Shown in pieces: positions 10,808 through 20,808 of a stretch of DNA of 64,000 bases; within the stretch, counting starts at the first letter, position 1; each line of letters starts with the position of its first letter. The stretch covers positions 244,672-308,671 of the forward strand of contig CANFTW010000001.1 of assembly GCA_947450025.1 (NCBI GenBank). The letters run 5' to 3'. The translations under genes were made by a program, and so were the position numbers. Source of the DNA: Bacteroidota bacterium (GTDB lineage: Bacteria > Bacteroidota > Bacteroidia > B-17B0 > Aurantibacillaceae). The notes under the pieces are model-generated. The model was not told the DNA's origin, did not search any database, and saw only the letters and a program-made list of their open reading frames with translations.

Positions 10808-11287
10808 TTAACTATTTACTTGAACATTAGAATGAACTATAGGACTATCCTTAAAATAATGAAGAGGCACTATTAACATCCCAAAATTCTCACTGTGATC
10901 TTTATTTAAATGTTTATGATGAATTTTGTGAGCTCTTTTAATTCCCTTAACATACCAGTTATTAGATTTAGAAAACCATTTAAATCGTTGATGTATAACT
11001 ACATCATGTACTAAAAAATAGGCAAGTCCATAGCATAAAATACCAATGCCAATATAAAATTTAAAATCAAATCCATTCATCGCTCCAAACATAATACCTA
11101 ACCAACTTGGAATTGCAAATATCAAAAAGAAAAAATCGTTTTTTTCAAAAAAAGACGTATTACTATGGTCGTGATGGTCTTTATGAAACACCCACATAGA
11201 GCCATGCATAATGAATTTATGCGTAAACCACGCCATAAATTCCATTGCCAAAAATGAGGCTAAAACTATTAATACATTTAGTACCAT
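10808..11287 (-). CDS. crtZ: Beta-carotene hydroxylase
   Basis: His boxes HKFIMHG, HKDHH, HDVVIHQRF and HKIHH; FEKND. Confidence 0.9.
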   Translation of the reverse strand: MVLNVLIVLASFLAMEFMAWFTHKFIMHGSMWVFHKDHHDHSNTSFFEKNDFFFLIFAIPSWLGIMFGAMNGFDFKFYIGIGILCYGLAYFLVHDVVIHQRFKWFSKSNNWYVKGIKRAHKIHHKHLNKDHSENFGMLIVPLHYFKDSPIVHSNVQVNS

Positions 11288-11317
11288 ACCCCAATAACAA
11301 ACTAAGTTTTATTTTGT

Positions 11318-11938
11318 TTAATTAAACCAATAAAGAGCTGCGAAAAATATAATTTGAACTATATAGAAAGCTTTTGCTGTATTATTTGGTTTTTGAACAA
11401 ATTGCTTCTGTGATAATAAATTTAAGATAAAAGAAATGAAAAACCAAGCAATATAATTTTGTAAGGGAATAATTCCAAGATTCCAATGCCAAAAATCAAA
11501 TTTAGCGGCATTTTGCTCTATAAAAAAATCCAAAGCAACCATATAGAATGCTCCTAATAAAGCATTTAATAGAGTGTTTTTAATTTTACTCAATTGACTT
11601 GTACTATACAATAAAACACCCCAATTAATGCCAATTAATAAAGGAACGCCAAAAACTTTATATCCAAGTGAGTTACCATAATGGTAAACTCCAAAAATTA
11701 AACCTGTTTTAACTCCAATAACTTCAATTAAAAACCCACTAATTGCTACGGATAAAATTGCACCATAAAATTTCCAGTTCGTTTGCGAAGAAGCCATTAA
11801 AACCAACACAGTAGATAACAATAAATTTACAGGGCTTAGGGGTTTAAAATAAACTGGATTCATCATAAAACCTATAAAACCAATCAAATGAAAGATAATT
11901 ATGATAACAATAAGGATATTTTTTTTTATAAAACTCAT
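11318..11938 (-). CDS. cruF: Carotenoid biosynthesis membrane protein (CruF-like 1,2-hydratase)
   Basis: E..GVKTGLIFGVYHYG, VPLLIGINW and IPLQNYIAWF; directly upstream of crtZ. Confidence 0.75.
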   Translation of the reverse strand: MSFIKKNILIVIIIIFHLIGFIGFMMNPVYFKPLSPVNLLLSTVLVLMASSQTNWKFYGAILSVAISGFLIEVIGVKTGLIFGVYHYGNSLGYKVFGVPLLIGINWGVLLYSTSQLSKIKNTLLNALLGAFYMVALDFFIEQNAAKFDFWHWNLGIIPLQNYIAWFFISFILNLLSQKQFVQKPNNTAKAFYIVQIIFFAALYWFN

Positions 11939-12000
11939 GGATATTTTATCGAATTAGGTCAAATGTAATAAAAATCAAAAAACAATTACACCATATTACG

Positions 12001-12008
12001 TATATTTG
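12001..12008 (+). promoter_or_regulatory. Bacteroidota -7 promoter box upstream of ppk1
   Basis: TATATTTG about 30 nt upstream of ATG 12040. Confidence 0.55.
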
Positions 12009-12039
12009 ATAGCTCAAAAAAGCTGTTTTAATTTTTATT

Positions 12040-14145
12040 ATGCTTAAAAACAAAATCCCATATATTAACAGAGAAATTAGTTGGCTTTCATTTAACGAAC
12101 GAGTTCTTCAAGAAGCATCAGATCATTCAACTCCATTGATTGAACGATTAAAATTTTTAGGAATATTCAGTAATAATAGAGATGAGTTTTATCGAGTTCG
12201 TGTTGCAACAATTAAAAGATTATCTAAACTCGGAAAAAAGGCCATTGATATTTATGGAGATGACCCGAAAGATTTATTACATAAACTACAACGTAAGGTT
12301 ATTGAGCAACAAGAACGTTTTGAAGAAATCTATCAAGAATTACTTCCTGAACTAGCGAAACAAAACGTATTTATTATTAATGAAAAACAATTAAATGCGT
12401 CTCAACAACAATTTGTAAAAGATTATTTTCATAAGGAAGTAGAAACAACCTTGTTTCCTATTATGGTTGATGAAAATAAACCGTTTCCATACATGAAGGA
12501 TAAATCTGGTTATTTATTTATTCGATTAATTTCTACAATTCCAAATCAAAAAAACAAATATGCTTTAATAGAGATTCCATCTAGATCAACTAGCCGCTTT
12601 ATTATTCTTCCTCAAGAAAAAAACAAAAAATACATTATTCTTTTGGATGATGTAATTAGATTCAATGTTCATGAAATGTTTTCTGTTTTTGGTTATACAA
12701 CCAAAGAAGCAATTAATATTAAACTTACTAGAGATGCTGAATTAGATATTGACCAAGATGTAAGCAAAAGTATGCTTGAAAAAATATCAAAAGGGGTAAA
12801 AGACAGAAAAAAAGGTCTTCCGGTTCGATTTGTTTATGATAGCGCTATGAGTAAAGAAATGCTTGCTTTTATCATGAAAAAATTAGGCATGGATAAAAAA
12901 GATAATGCCATCCCTGGTGGTCGTTATCATAACTTTAAAGATTTTATTGGCTTTCCTAATATTGGAGAAAAAAAATTAATGCATGAGCATCCAATACCAT
13001 TAACGCATAAATATTTAGATAATATTAATACAAGCATTTTAAGTGTTATTAAACAAAAAGATATTTTACTACATTACCCATATCATACCTACGATCATAC
13101 TATTACTTTATTAAGAGAAGCATCCATTGATCCTACTGTTGAATCCATAAAAATAACGTTGTATCGGGTGGCCGATTCTTCTAAGATTGCCAATGCCTTG
13201 GTAAACGCTATGAAAAATGGAAAAAAAGTAACTGTGCTTGTTGAATTACAAGCTCGCTTTGATGAAGAAAACAATATCTATTGGGCCAACAAATTGCAAG
13301 AAGAAGGCGCTACGGTTATTTATGGTGTTCCCGGATTAAAGGTTCATAGCAAATTGTTTTTAATTACAACAAGAGTTAGAGGTAAAGAAATAAAATATGC
13401 TCATGTCGGAACTGGTAATTTTAATGAAAAAACAGCTCGTATTTATACTGATTTCAGTTTATTAACAGCTGATAAAAGTATTACCGATGAAATATCAAGT
13501 GTATTTGATTTTTATGCCAATAATTTCAAAACTGGCATCTATAAACATTTGGCTGTAGCACCATTTTACATGCGCCAAACTTTTATTAATCTTATTGATA
13601 AAGAAATAGCCAATGCCAATGCTGGAAAAAAAGCATACATGATACTAAAAATGAATAGCTTGGTAGATAAAGACATGATTAATAAATTATATGAAGCTTC
13701 TCAAGCTGGCGTTCAAGTTACTTTAATCATAAGAGGTATTTGTTCTTTAGTGACTGAAATAGCTGGTTATAGTGATAATATTAAAGCCTATAGCATAGTC
13801 GACAAATACCTTGAACACGCTCGTGTATTTATTTTTGGGAATTCCGGGAATGAGAAAATCTATATCACTTCTGCAGATTGGATGAGTCGGAATTTAGATA
13901 GCAGAAGCGAAGTAGCTGTTCCTATCTTAGATCTAGAAGTTAAAAAACAAATTAAAGATATTATTGACATTCAATTGTCGGGTAATACTAAAGTGAGGAT
14001 ATTAGATAGATTGCAACAAAATTTATATAAAAAACCTAAGGTAGGAGAACGCAAAATTCGCGTGCAGGACGAAATTTATAATTACTTAAAAAAAGATAGA
14101 GATAGCTACTTAAAAACAATTTCTAAAAAAACTTCTACCATATGA
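12040..14145 (+). CDS. ppk1: Polyphosphate kinase 1
   Basis: YINREISWLSFNERVLQEA, ELQARFDEENNI, KVHSK, GTGNFNE and SADWMSRNLD. Confidence 0.97.
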   Translation: MLKNKIPYINREISWLSFNERVLQEASDHSTPLIERLKFLGIFSNNRDEFYRVRVATIKRLSKLGKKAIDIYGDDPKDLLHKLQRKVIEQQERFEEIYQELLPELAKQNVFIINEKQLNASQQQFVKDYFHKEVETTLFPIMVDENKPFPYMKDKSGYLFIRLISTIPNQKNKYALIEIPSRSTSRFIILPQEKNKKYIILLDDVIRFNVHEMFSVFGYTTKEAINIKLTRDAELDIDQDVSKSMLEKISKGVKDRKKGLPVRFVYDSAMSKEMLAFIMKKLGMDKKDNAIPGGRYHNFKDFIGFPNIGEKKLMHEHPIPLTHKYLDNINTSILSVIKQKDILLHYPYHTYDHTITLLREASIDPTVESIKITLYRVADSSKIANALVNAMKNGKKVTVLVELQARFDEENNIYWANKLQEEGATVIYGVPGLKVHSKLFLITTRVRGKEIKYAHVGTGNFNEKTARIYTDFSLLTADKSITDEISSVFDFYANNFKTGIYKHLAVAPFYMRQTFINLIDKEIANANAGKKAYMILKMNSLVDKDMINKLYEASQAGVQVTLIIRGICSLVTEIAGYSDNIKAYSIVDKYLEHARVFIFGNSGNEKIYITSADWMSRNLDSRSEVAVPILDLEVKKQIKDIIDIQLSGNTKVRILDRLQQNLYKKPKVGERKIRVQDEIYNYLKKDRDSYLKTISKKTSTI

Positions 14146-15020
14146 TATTTGCTGCTGTTGATATTGGAAGTAATGCCATGCGATTATTATTTTGCAGAGC
14201 ATATGATGTAAATGGGAAACCTCATTTCAGCAAAGAAGAATTAATTCGATTACCTATTCGTTTGGGAGAAGATGTGTTTTTAAATGGTAAAATCTCTGAA
14301 AAAAAAGCCGAAAAATTAATTACGGCTATGCGTGGCTTCAGAGAATTGATTAAAGTATACGAAGTTGATGGTTACAGAGCGGTTGCTACGAGCGCCATGC
14401 GTGATGCGAGAAATAGTGATGAAATTATAGAACGTATAAAAAAAGAAGCTGATTTAGATGTAGAAATTATTGATGGTAAATTAGAGGCTCAATTAGTATT
14501 TTCAAATCATATTGAAGAATTATTAAACCCAAAACATTCCTATTTATATATTGACGTTGGCGGAGGTAGCACAGAATTAACCTTATATAGTAATCATAAG
14601 GTCATTGCTTCTAAGTCATTTAATATTGGTACCGTTAGAATGCTTTTAAATAAAGTAGAAAAAGAAGAATGGGAGTTAATGAAAGAATGGATAAAAAAAT
14701 CAACCTATGGTTATAGTCCTTTAAAAGCTATTGGTTCTGGTGGAAATATCAATAAGATATTTAAAATGACTAAAAAAGATAATAAGAACATTAGCTATAG
14801 TAAATTAAAAGGGATAAATGATATGCTAAATTCCTATACTTACGAAGAACGTGTAGAAGTTTTAGGCTTGAAACCTGATAGAGCAGATGTTATTATTCAT
14901 GCTTCTAAAATTTTCATTACCATTATGAAAACTGCTGAAATAGAAGAAATTTTCGTTCCCCAGATTGGCTTATCTGATGGGATTGTTCATGAACTTTATG
15001 AAAAAGCAAAACTAAAATAG
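14142..15020 (+). CDS. ppx: Exopolyphosphatase (Ppx/GppA family)
   Basis: AVDIGSNAMRL, ATSAMRDA, IDVGGGSTE and RADVI; ATGA overlap with ppk1. Confidence 0.92.
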   Translation: MIFAAVDIGSNAMRLLFCRAYDVNGKPHFSKEELIRLPIRLGEDVFLNGKISEKKAEKLITAMRGFRELIKVYEVDGYRAVATSAMRDARNSDEIIERIKKEADLDVEIIDGKLEAQLVFSNHIEELLNPKHSYLYIDVGGGSTELTLYSNHKVIASKSFNIGTVRMLLNKVEKEEWELMKEWIKKSTYGYSPLKAIGSGGNINKIFKMTKKDNKNISYSKLKGINDMLNSYTYEERVEVLGLKPDRADVIIHASKIFITIMKTAEIEEIFVPQIGLSDGIVHELYEKAKLK

Positions 15021-15021
15021 A

Positions 15022-15744
15022 TTATTTTTCAGCCATATAAATTGCTGCTAAACCTAAGCCAACCGAACTGAACGTGGCTTTCTGATAACCAACTTTTTCT
15101 AAAATGGCAGTAAAACGTTCGTTGTCAGGAAATGCTTTAATGGATTCTGGTAAATAGGTATAAGCTCTAGTGTCCTTAGAAAACATTCTTCCTAATGTTG
15201 GAGTAATATATTTAAAGTGAAACATATAAAATTGCTTCACGGGAAATTTGCGAGGAGAGGAGAATTCTAAAACACATAATTGGCCGCCTGGTTTTAAAAT
15301 ACGTAACATATTAGCCAACCCTTTTTCTAAATTTTCGAAATTACGAACTCCAAATCCTACAGTAATTGCATCCATTGAATTATCTGGTAAATCACAAGTT
15401 TCTGCGTCCCCATATTGCAAAGTAATCGTTTTATCAAGATTCATTTTTTTCAATTTCTCTCTACCAAACTTCATCATCCCTTCACTAATATCAATCCCAA
15501 TAACCTTTGTTGGATTTAATTTCATCGCTGCAATAGCAAAATCACCAGTGCCAGTTGCTACATCTAGAATTGCTGAAGGTTTTTTATGAGCGATTAATTT
15601 AATACATTTTTTTCTCCAACCTTTATGAATACCAAGTGATAATAAGGAGTTTAAAAAATCGTAACGAAACGCAATATTGTCAAACATTTGAGCAACTTGC
15701 TCTTTTTTTGATTCGGTATTATTGTATGGTGTAACTGGGTTCAT
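15022..15744 (-). CDS. menG: Demethylmenaquinone methyltransferase (UbiE/MenG)
   Basis: MFDNIA.RYDFLN, LDVATGTGD, FGVRNF, LEFS and YTYLPESI. Confidence 0.92.
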   Translation of the reverse strand: MNPVTPYNNTESKKEQVAQMFDNIAFRYDFLNSLLSLGIHKGWRKKCIKLIAHKKPSAILDVATGTGDFAIAAMKLNPTKVIGIDISEGMMKFGREKLKKMNLDKTITLQYGDAETCDLPDNSMDAITVGFGVRNFENLEKGLANMLRILKPGGQLCVLEFSSPRKFPVKQFYMFHFKYITPTLGRMFSKDTRAYTYLPESIKAFPDNERFTAILEKVGYQKATFSSVGLGLAAIYMAEK

Positions 15745-15751
15745 TTTAACT

Positions 15752-15832
15752 TTCCGCTAATCGTGCGGATTTTCGCAGATTTATAAAAAATATTATTAAA
15801 ATTATCATCGCCGATTTGCGAAATCTGCGGGA
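15752..15832. repeat. Degenerate REP-like inverted repeat built from CGCAGAT/ATCTGCG units
   Basis: Left arm CCGCTAAT..TGCGGAT..CGCAGAT and right arm ATTTGCG..ATCTGCGGGA flank an AT-rich spacer. Confidence 0.5.
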
Positions 15833-15839
15833 CAAAAAA

Positions 15840-16856
15840 TTATTTTACAAAGTCCAATTTAAGAGCCTCTTCTAATAACTGTTCTTTACTAACAGGTACA
15901 ACTCCAATTTGTTCACACACTAAGCCTCCGGCTAAATTTGCAATACCAGCCATCACAATAGAATTAACGTGCAAAGCAACTAATAATGACGCTACGCTAA
16001 TCACAGTGTCTCCTGCCCCACTCACATCAGCAATACTTCGAATATGCGCTGGGGTATGATGTTTTTCTGAACGCGAATTAATAATCACACCTTTTTCAGC
16101 TAAAGTAACTAGTGCGGTATCAAATTTTTGTTTCACTCTAAAACTACTAATAGCACGTTGTAATTCATTAATATTATCTGAACTAATATCTAATTTTAAT
16201 CCTTCACGTAATTCCTTCAAATTGGGCTTAAATAAAGTAACTCCTTTATAGGCATTAAAATTCTTCTTCTTAGGGTCCACACAGGTTGGAATGCCTTTAC
16301 TCTTAGCTAATTCAACAACTTTTGAAATTAATTTAGGAGTAATTAATCCCTTATTATAATCTTCAAATAAAATCACATCAATCTTATCATGCTGAATGAT
16401 ATAAGAAATTAATGTAATTAATTGTTGTGTTTCTGCTGCCGTAATATCTTCTTCAATCTCCTCATCAATACGAAGTAATTGATGATTATTTCCTATCACA
16501 CGTGTTTTTTCTGTAGTAATTCTATCACGAGATTTTAAAATTCCCTTTTGACTTAATTTTTGGTTTTTTAATAAGTCTAAAAAATTTTGTCCCTCATAAT
16601 CAATACCTATGACAGAGCATAAAATAGGATTAGCACCTAATGCTTGTATATTTAAAGCAACGTTTGCTGCTCCGCCTAAACGTTTTTCTTTTTTATTAAC
16701 AGCAATAATCGGAACAGGTGCTTCAGGTGAAATGCGGTTAACCTTCCCCCACATGTAACTATCAATCATCACATCACCAATAATCAAAACATTTAAATTA
16801 CTAAACGATTTAAAAATTTCACGAATGTGCTCTTTTTTAACAGATAATTTTTTCAT
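15840..16856 (-). CDS. PfkB-family kinase, heptose-7-phosphate kinase (RfaE1/HldA) type
   Basis: GDVMIDSY.WG.V.RISPEAPVP, GGAANVA, VDPK and DVSGAGDTV. Confidence 0.88.
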   Translation of the reverse strand: MKKLSVKKEHIREIFKSFSNLNVLIIGDVMIDSYMWGKVNRISPEAPVPIIAVNKKEKRLGGAANVALNIQALGANPILCSVIGIDYEGQNFLDLLKNQKLSQKGILKSRDRITTEKTRVIGNNHQLLRIDEEIEEDITAAETQQLITLISYIIQHDKIDVILFEDYNKGLITPKLISKVVELAKSKGIPTCVDPKKKNFNAYKGVTLFKPNLKELREGLKLDISSDNINELQRAISSFRVKQKFDTALVTLAEKGVIINSRSEKHHTPAHIRSIADVSGAGDTVISVASLLVALHVNSIVMAGIANLAGGLVCEQIGVVPVSKEQLLEEALKLDFVK

Positions 16857-16859
16857 TTT

Positions 16860-18053
16860 TTATTTCAATTTTTCAATAGCCTCTTTCATTCTTTTTAAGG
16901 CTTCTATTAATTTATCTTCAGACGTTGCATAAGAAAAACGAATGTATTTATCATCGCCAAAAGCTGCGCCTGGCACCAATGCTACGTGAGCAACATCAAG
17001 CAAATACATGGATAAATCAGTAGCGTTATTAATAACAAAACCATTATACGATTTTCCAAATAAAGAGGATACTTCTGGATAAACGTAAAATGCTCCATCA
17101 GGAACGTTCGTTTTTAATCCGGGTATATCTTTCATTAATTCTAAAACTAAATTTCTTCTTTTCAAAAATGCATCACGCATATAATAAGTGCTTTCAGCAG
17201 GCAAATCCATCGCAGCATGCATTGCTTTTTGAGTTATGCTGCATGTACCTGAGGTAAATTGACCTTGCATTTTATCACATGCTTGAGCAATCCATTTTGG
17301 AGCGGCCATAATTCCACCTCTCCAGCCAGTCATCGCAAATCCTTTAGAAACACCATTAATCGTAATTACTCGATCTTTAATATCTGGGAACTGAGCCATA
17401 CTTTCATGTCCGCCAACAAAATTAATATGTTCATAAATCTCATCACTCATGATATACAATTCATCGTGTTGTTTTACCACATCGGCAATAGCTCTTAATT
17501 CTGCTTTACTATAAACAGAGCCTGTAGGGTTACATGGTGTACTAAACATCATCATACGTGTTTTAGGCGTAATATGAGCTTTTAATTCTTCAGCAGTAAT
17601 CTTAAAATCATTTTCAATGGTTGTATCAATAATAATAGGAACCCCACCAGCTAATTTTAAAATTTCTAAATAACTAACCCAAAAAGGCGCTGGAATAATT
17701 ACTTCATCTCCTGGATTAATAATACATAAAACAGCATTGGCTATACTTTGCTTGGCTCCCGTAGACACTACAATATCATCTGCTGAATAGTCTAAGTTAT
17801 TATCACGCTTAAATTTTCGAGCAATAGCTTCTCGTAATTCTAAATACCCACTAACATGCGTATAATATGTAAAATCATCATTTATAGCTTTAATTGCAGC
17901 TTCCTTTATTACATCAGGAGTCTTAAAATCAGGTTCTCCCAAACTCAAACTAATAATATCAATACCTTGTGCTTTTAACTCACGACTTTTTCGAGCCATG
18001 GCAATAGTTTGTGATTCTGAAATAAGATTTACTTTATCTGATAAATGTGCCAT
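16860..18053 (-). CDS. aspC: PLP-dependent class I/II aminotransferase (aspartate aminotransferase-like)
   Basis: LGEPDF, PCNPTG, SDEIYE and GVSKGFAMTGWR. Confidence 0.85.
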   Translation of the reverse strand: MAHLSDKVNLISESQTIAMARKSRELKAQGIDIISLSLGEPDFKTPDVIKEAAIKAINDDFTYYTHVSGYLELREAIARKFKRDNNLDYSADDIVVSTGAKQSIANAVLCIINPGDEVIIPAPFWVSYLEILKLAGGVPIIIDTTIENDFKITAEELKAHITPKTRMMMFSTPCNPTGSVYSKAELRAIADVVKQHDELYIMSDEIYEHINFVGGHESMAQFPDIKDRVITINGVSKGFAMTGWRGGIMAAPKWIAQACDKMQGQFTSGTCSITQKAMHAAMDLPAESTYYMRDAFLKRRNLVLELMKDIPGLKTNVPDGAFYVYPEVSSLFGKSYNGFVINNATDLSMYLLDVAHVALVPGAAFGDDKYIRFSYATSEDKLIEALKRMKEAIEKLK

Positions 18054-18204
18054 TTAGTTGTTTTTAAAATGCGTAACAAATCTAATAAATACTATAATAC
18101 TACAAACTTATTTTTGATTAAATTATTAGGTAAAAAGTTATCAATTTCTTTTGTAAATCTGTGTCTTATTAGTTAATTTTCAATAATAAATATAATTTGA
18201 ATTT

Positions 18205-18612
18205 ATGAACTATTGGTTGATCAAATCTGAACCCTTTAAATATAGTTGGGAACAATTTAAAAAAGATAAAATCACTTTTTGGGATGGAGTAAGAAATTAC
18301 GCTGCACGCAATAATCTAAAAGCTATGAAAAAAGGAGATTTAGCCTTGTTTTATCATAGTAATGAAGGCTTATGTATAGTAGGTATAGCAAAAGTAGTCA
18401 AGGAAGCTTATCAAGACCCAACCACAAAAGAAGAAGCTTGGGTTGCCGTTGATTTTGCTCCTTTTAAAGCACTTAAAACACCAATCACCTTAGCACAAAT
18501 AAAAGCTGACGAATATTTAAAAGAAATGCAACTAGTAAAACTTCAACGTCTATCTGTAAGTATCGTTAAAGCAGAAGAGTTTGATAGAGTGTGCATGCTG
18601 GGTGGATTATAA
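18205..18612 (+). CDS. EVE domain protein
   Basis: YWLIKSEP, WDGVRNYAARN, FYHS and RLSV. Confidence 0.92.
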   Translation: MNYWLIKSEPFKYSWEQFKKDKITFWDGVRNYAARNNLKAMKKGDLALFYHSNEGLCIVGIAKVVKEAYQDPTTKEEAWVAVDFAPFKALKTPITLAQIKADEYLKEMQLVKLQRLSVSIVKAEEFDRVCMLGGL

Positions 18613-18633
18613 ACTTATTAACGCAAAAACATT

Positions 18634-19161
18634 ATGAAATTTATTATTTTCGGTTTAATATCAATTTTATCAATTGTCAGTTTAGCTCAAACCAAAGGAC
18701 AACTTCCTAAAATAGAAGGTCATACTTTAGAAGGTAGTAGCATATCGTTACCTTTATCTGGCACCAAAAAATTTACTATCGTTGGCATTTGCTATAAAAG
18801 ATCGGCAGAAGCTGATTTAAAAACTTGGATACAACCTATGTATGATGTGTTTGTAGCCAAACCAAAAGGTACAGATTATTTTGATGTTGCCAGTTATTAT
18901 GATGTTAACTATTATTTTATTCCGTTGATTAGTGGCTTTAAAAAAGCTGCTGCGGATTTTAAAGCTGAAACTCAAAAAGATTTATGGAAAAATGTAATTG
19001 ATTGTGATACTGATATTAAAATCTTAAAAGAACAATTGAAACCTAGTGACGAAAATGTACCTTATTTTTATGTCATTGATGTTAATGGTAAGATTGTGGA
19101 AGTAGTCACTGGAAAATATACAGATGAAAAGATGGATAAAATTCAGGAGGCTATTGATTAA
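18634..19161 (+). CDS. Exported hypothetical protein, possible thioredoxin-like fold without CxxC
   Basis: Signal peptide; LP.IEG.TLEG..ISLP and PYFYVIDVNGKIV segments. Confidence 0.6.
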   Translation: MKFIIFGLISILSIVSLAQTKGQLPKIEGHTLEGSSISLPLSGTKKFTIVGICYKRSAEADLKTWIQPMYDVFVAKPKGTDYFDVASYYDVNYYFIPLISGFKKAAADFKAETQKDLWKNVIDCDTDIKILKEQLKPSDENVPYFYVIDVNGKIVEVVTGKYTDEKMDKIQEAID

Positions 19162-19798
19162 TTTTTTCAGGCCTTTTAAATTTATAACAAAAGCCAATAT
19201 TTAGCATATTTATCCTATACCCTATTCCACCTTCCAAATATAGACCAATATTTTTTAAGGCATAATATTTTATAGCAATAGTTATTCCAACAGCAGGCAT
19301 CAATTCATTATTACTTTCAGGAGAGCTAATTTCTTGCCCATTAATTTTATAATAGTGATAATGCTTTAAATTTAAACCTACCATATACCCACTGCATACA
19401 TCTAATTTTTTTCGAACAAAATAGGTTACATGATGAGTTAACTTAATTGCAAAAGTAGTATTTGAAAAGAGTCGTTCATTTTTTTGATTGTTTATAGTTG
19501 CCTCTTTTATTCCAATCCAACTTGTAGAATAAGGTCCTAATCCTAAATAAGCATTGCTTGCATATGGATAAATACAAAAATCGGCTCCAATAACCAAAGC
19601 AGGAGATTTAGAATATTCTTGGATTTTATAATTTATTCTATTGATATCTAAATGTCTTTTAAAAGCACCTGAACCAATATAAATTGAAGCCATGCCCTTT
19701 CCAAAAGACTGATCTTTAAACACTTCATGAGTTTGAGAAAAAGTAGATAATACGTTTGTAAATAAAACAAATATCAACCAAAATATAAACCTAAACAT
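19151..19798 (-). CDS. Putative outer-membrane beta-barrel protein
   Basis: Signal peptide, alternating aromatic strands, C-terminal IGLYLEGGIG..LNIGFCYKF; starts 1 nt after the sbtA stop. Confidence 0.65.
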   Translation of the reverse strand: MFRFIFWLIFVLFTNVLSTFSQTHEVFKDQSFGKGMASIYIGSGAFKRHLDINRINYKIQEYSKSPALVIGADFCIYPYASNAYLGLGPYSTSWIGIKEATINNQKNERLFSNTTFAIKLTHHVTYFVRKKLDVCSGYMVGLNLKHYHYYKINGQEISSPESNNELMPAVGITIAIKYYALKNIGLYLEGGIGYRINMLNIGFCYKFKRPEKINQ

Positions 19799-19799
19799 A

Positions 19800-20768
19800 T
19801 TACAAAATTACCCATTTTATGATAGAAAAATAAATAGGCATCCCTAAAGTTATATTAATTGGAAAAGTCACAGCTAAAGCCATGGGTAGAAATAATCCAG
19901 GATTCGCTTTTGGAACAGCAATTTTCATTGCCGCTGGAACGGCAATATATGAAGCACTGGATGCTAAAACAGCAAACATAAATCTATTACCAATATCGTC
20001 AGTAACAAGTTGACTTAATACAGCTACAATACAACCATTAAAAAGTGGAATTATCATTGCAAAGAAAAAAGGAAACCAACCATTAGAAAGAAAGGCAGAA
20101 AGTTTTCTTCCACTTACAATTCCCATATCTAACAAAAATATAGCTAAAAATCCTTTAAAAATATCATTTGTAAATGGTTTAATACCTTCTGCTTGTTTGG
20201 CATTTGCAAGTAAACCAATAATTAAACTGCCTAAAATTAATAATACACTTCCATTAGTAAAGGAATGTTTAACCACTCCTAATTTATTAACTGAGCTTGA
20301 AGTATCCTTATTATACATTGATATTAAAATTAAACCAGCAATAATTGCCGGCGACTCCATCAAAGCCATAATTGCCACCATATGGCCGTGTAGCTGCAGT
20401 TTTTCTGAATCTAAATACGAAACTGCAGTTACAAAAGTCACGGCACTAACCGAGCCATAAGCCGCCGCAATGGCGCCTGCATCAAAAACGTTTAATTTAC
20501 GTTTCAAAATAAAAAAAGTATAAACCGGAATTAATAATGATATTAAAATCCCAAACAACATCGACCATAAAATTTCTGTAGAAAAAGATTCATGAGATAA
20601 TTCTTGCCCTCCTTTAAAACCAATAGAGAACAATAAATACAGCGAAATAAATTTTGATGAATTAGGCGGTATTTCTAAATCGCTTTTTAACTTCACAGCT
20701 AAAACACCAAGGATAAAAAATAAAAAAGCAGGGCTTGTTAAGTTTGATAAAAGTAAATCTAAGTTCAT
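19800..20768 (-). CDS. sbtA: Sodium-dependent bicarbonate transporter family permease (SbtA-like)
   Basis: KSDLEIP, YLLFSIGFKGG, AAAYGSVSAVTF, MESPAII, FLLDMG, SASYIAVPAA and TFPINI; about 10 TM segments. Confidence 0.9.
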   Translation of the reverse strand: MNLDLLLSNLTSPAFLFFILGVLAVKLKSDLEIPPNSSKFISLYLLFSIGFKGGQELSHESFSTEILWSMLFGILISLLIPVYTFFILKRKLNVFDAGAIAAAYGSVSAVTFVTAVSYLDSEKLQLHGHMVAIMALMESPAIIAGLILISMYNKDTSSSVNKLGVVKHSFTNGSVLLILGSLIIGLLANAKQAEGIKPFTNDIFKGFLAIFLLDMGIVSGRKLSAFLSNGWFPFFFAMIIPLFNGCIVAVLSQLVTDDIGNRFMFAVLASSASYIAVPAAMKIAVPKANPGLFLPMALAVTFPINITLGMPIYFSIIKWVIL

Positions 20769-20808
20769 ATTTTTTGCTATTGTTTTAAATTATTTTGTTT
20801 AATTCTAA

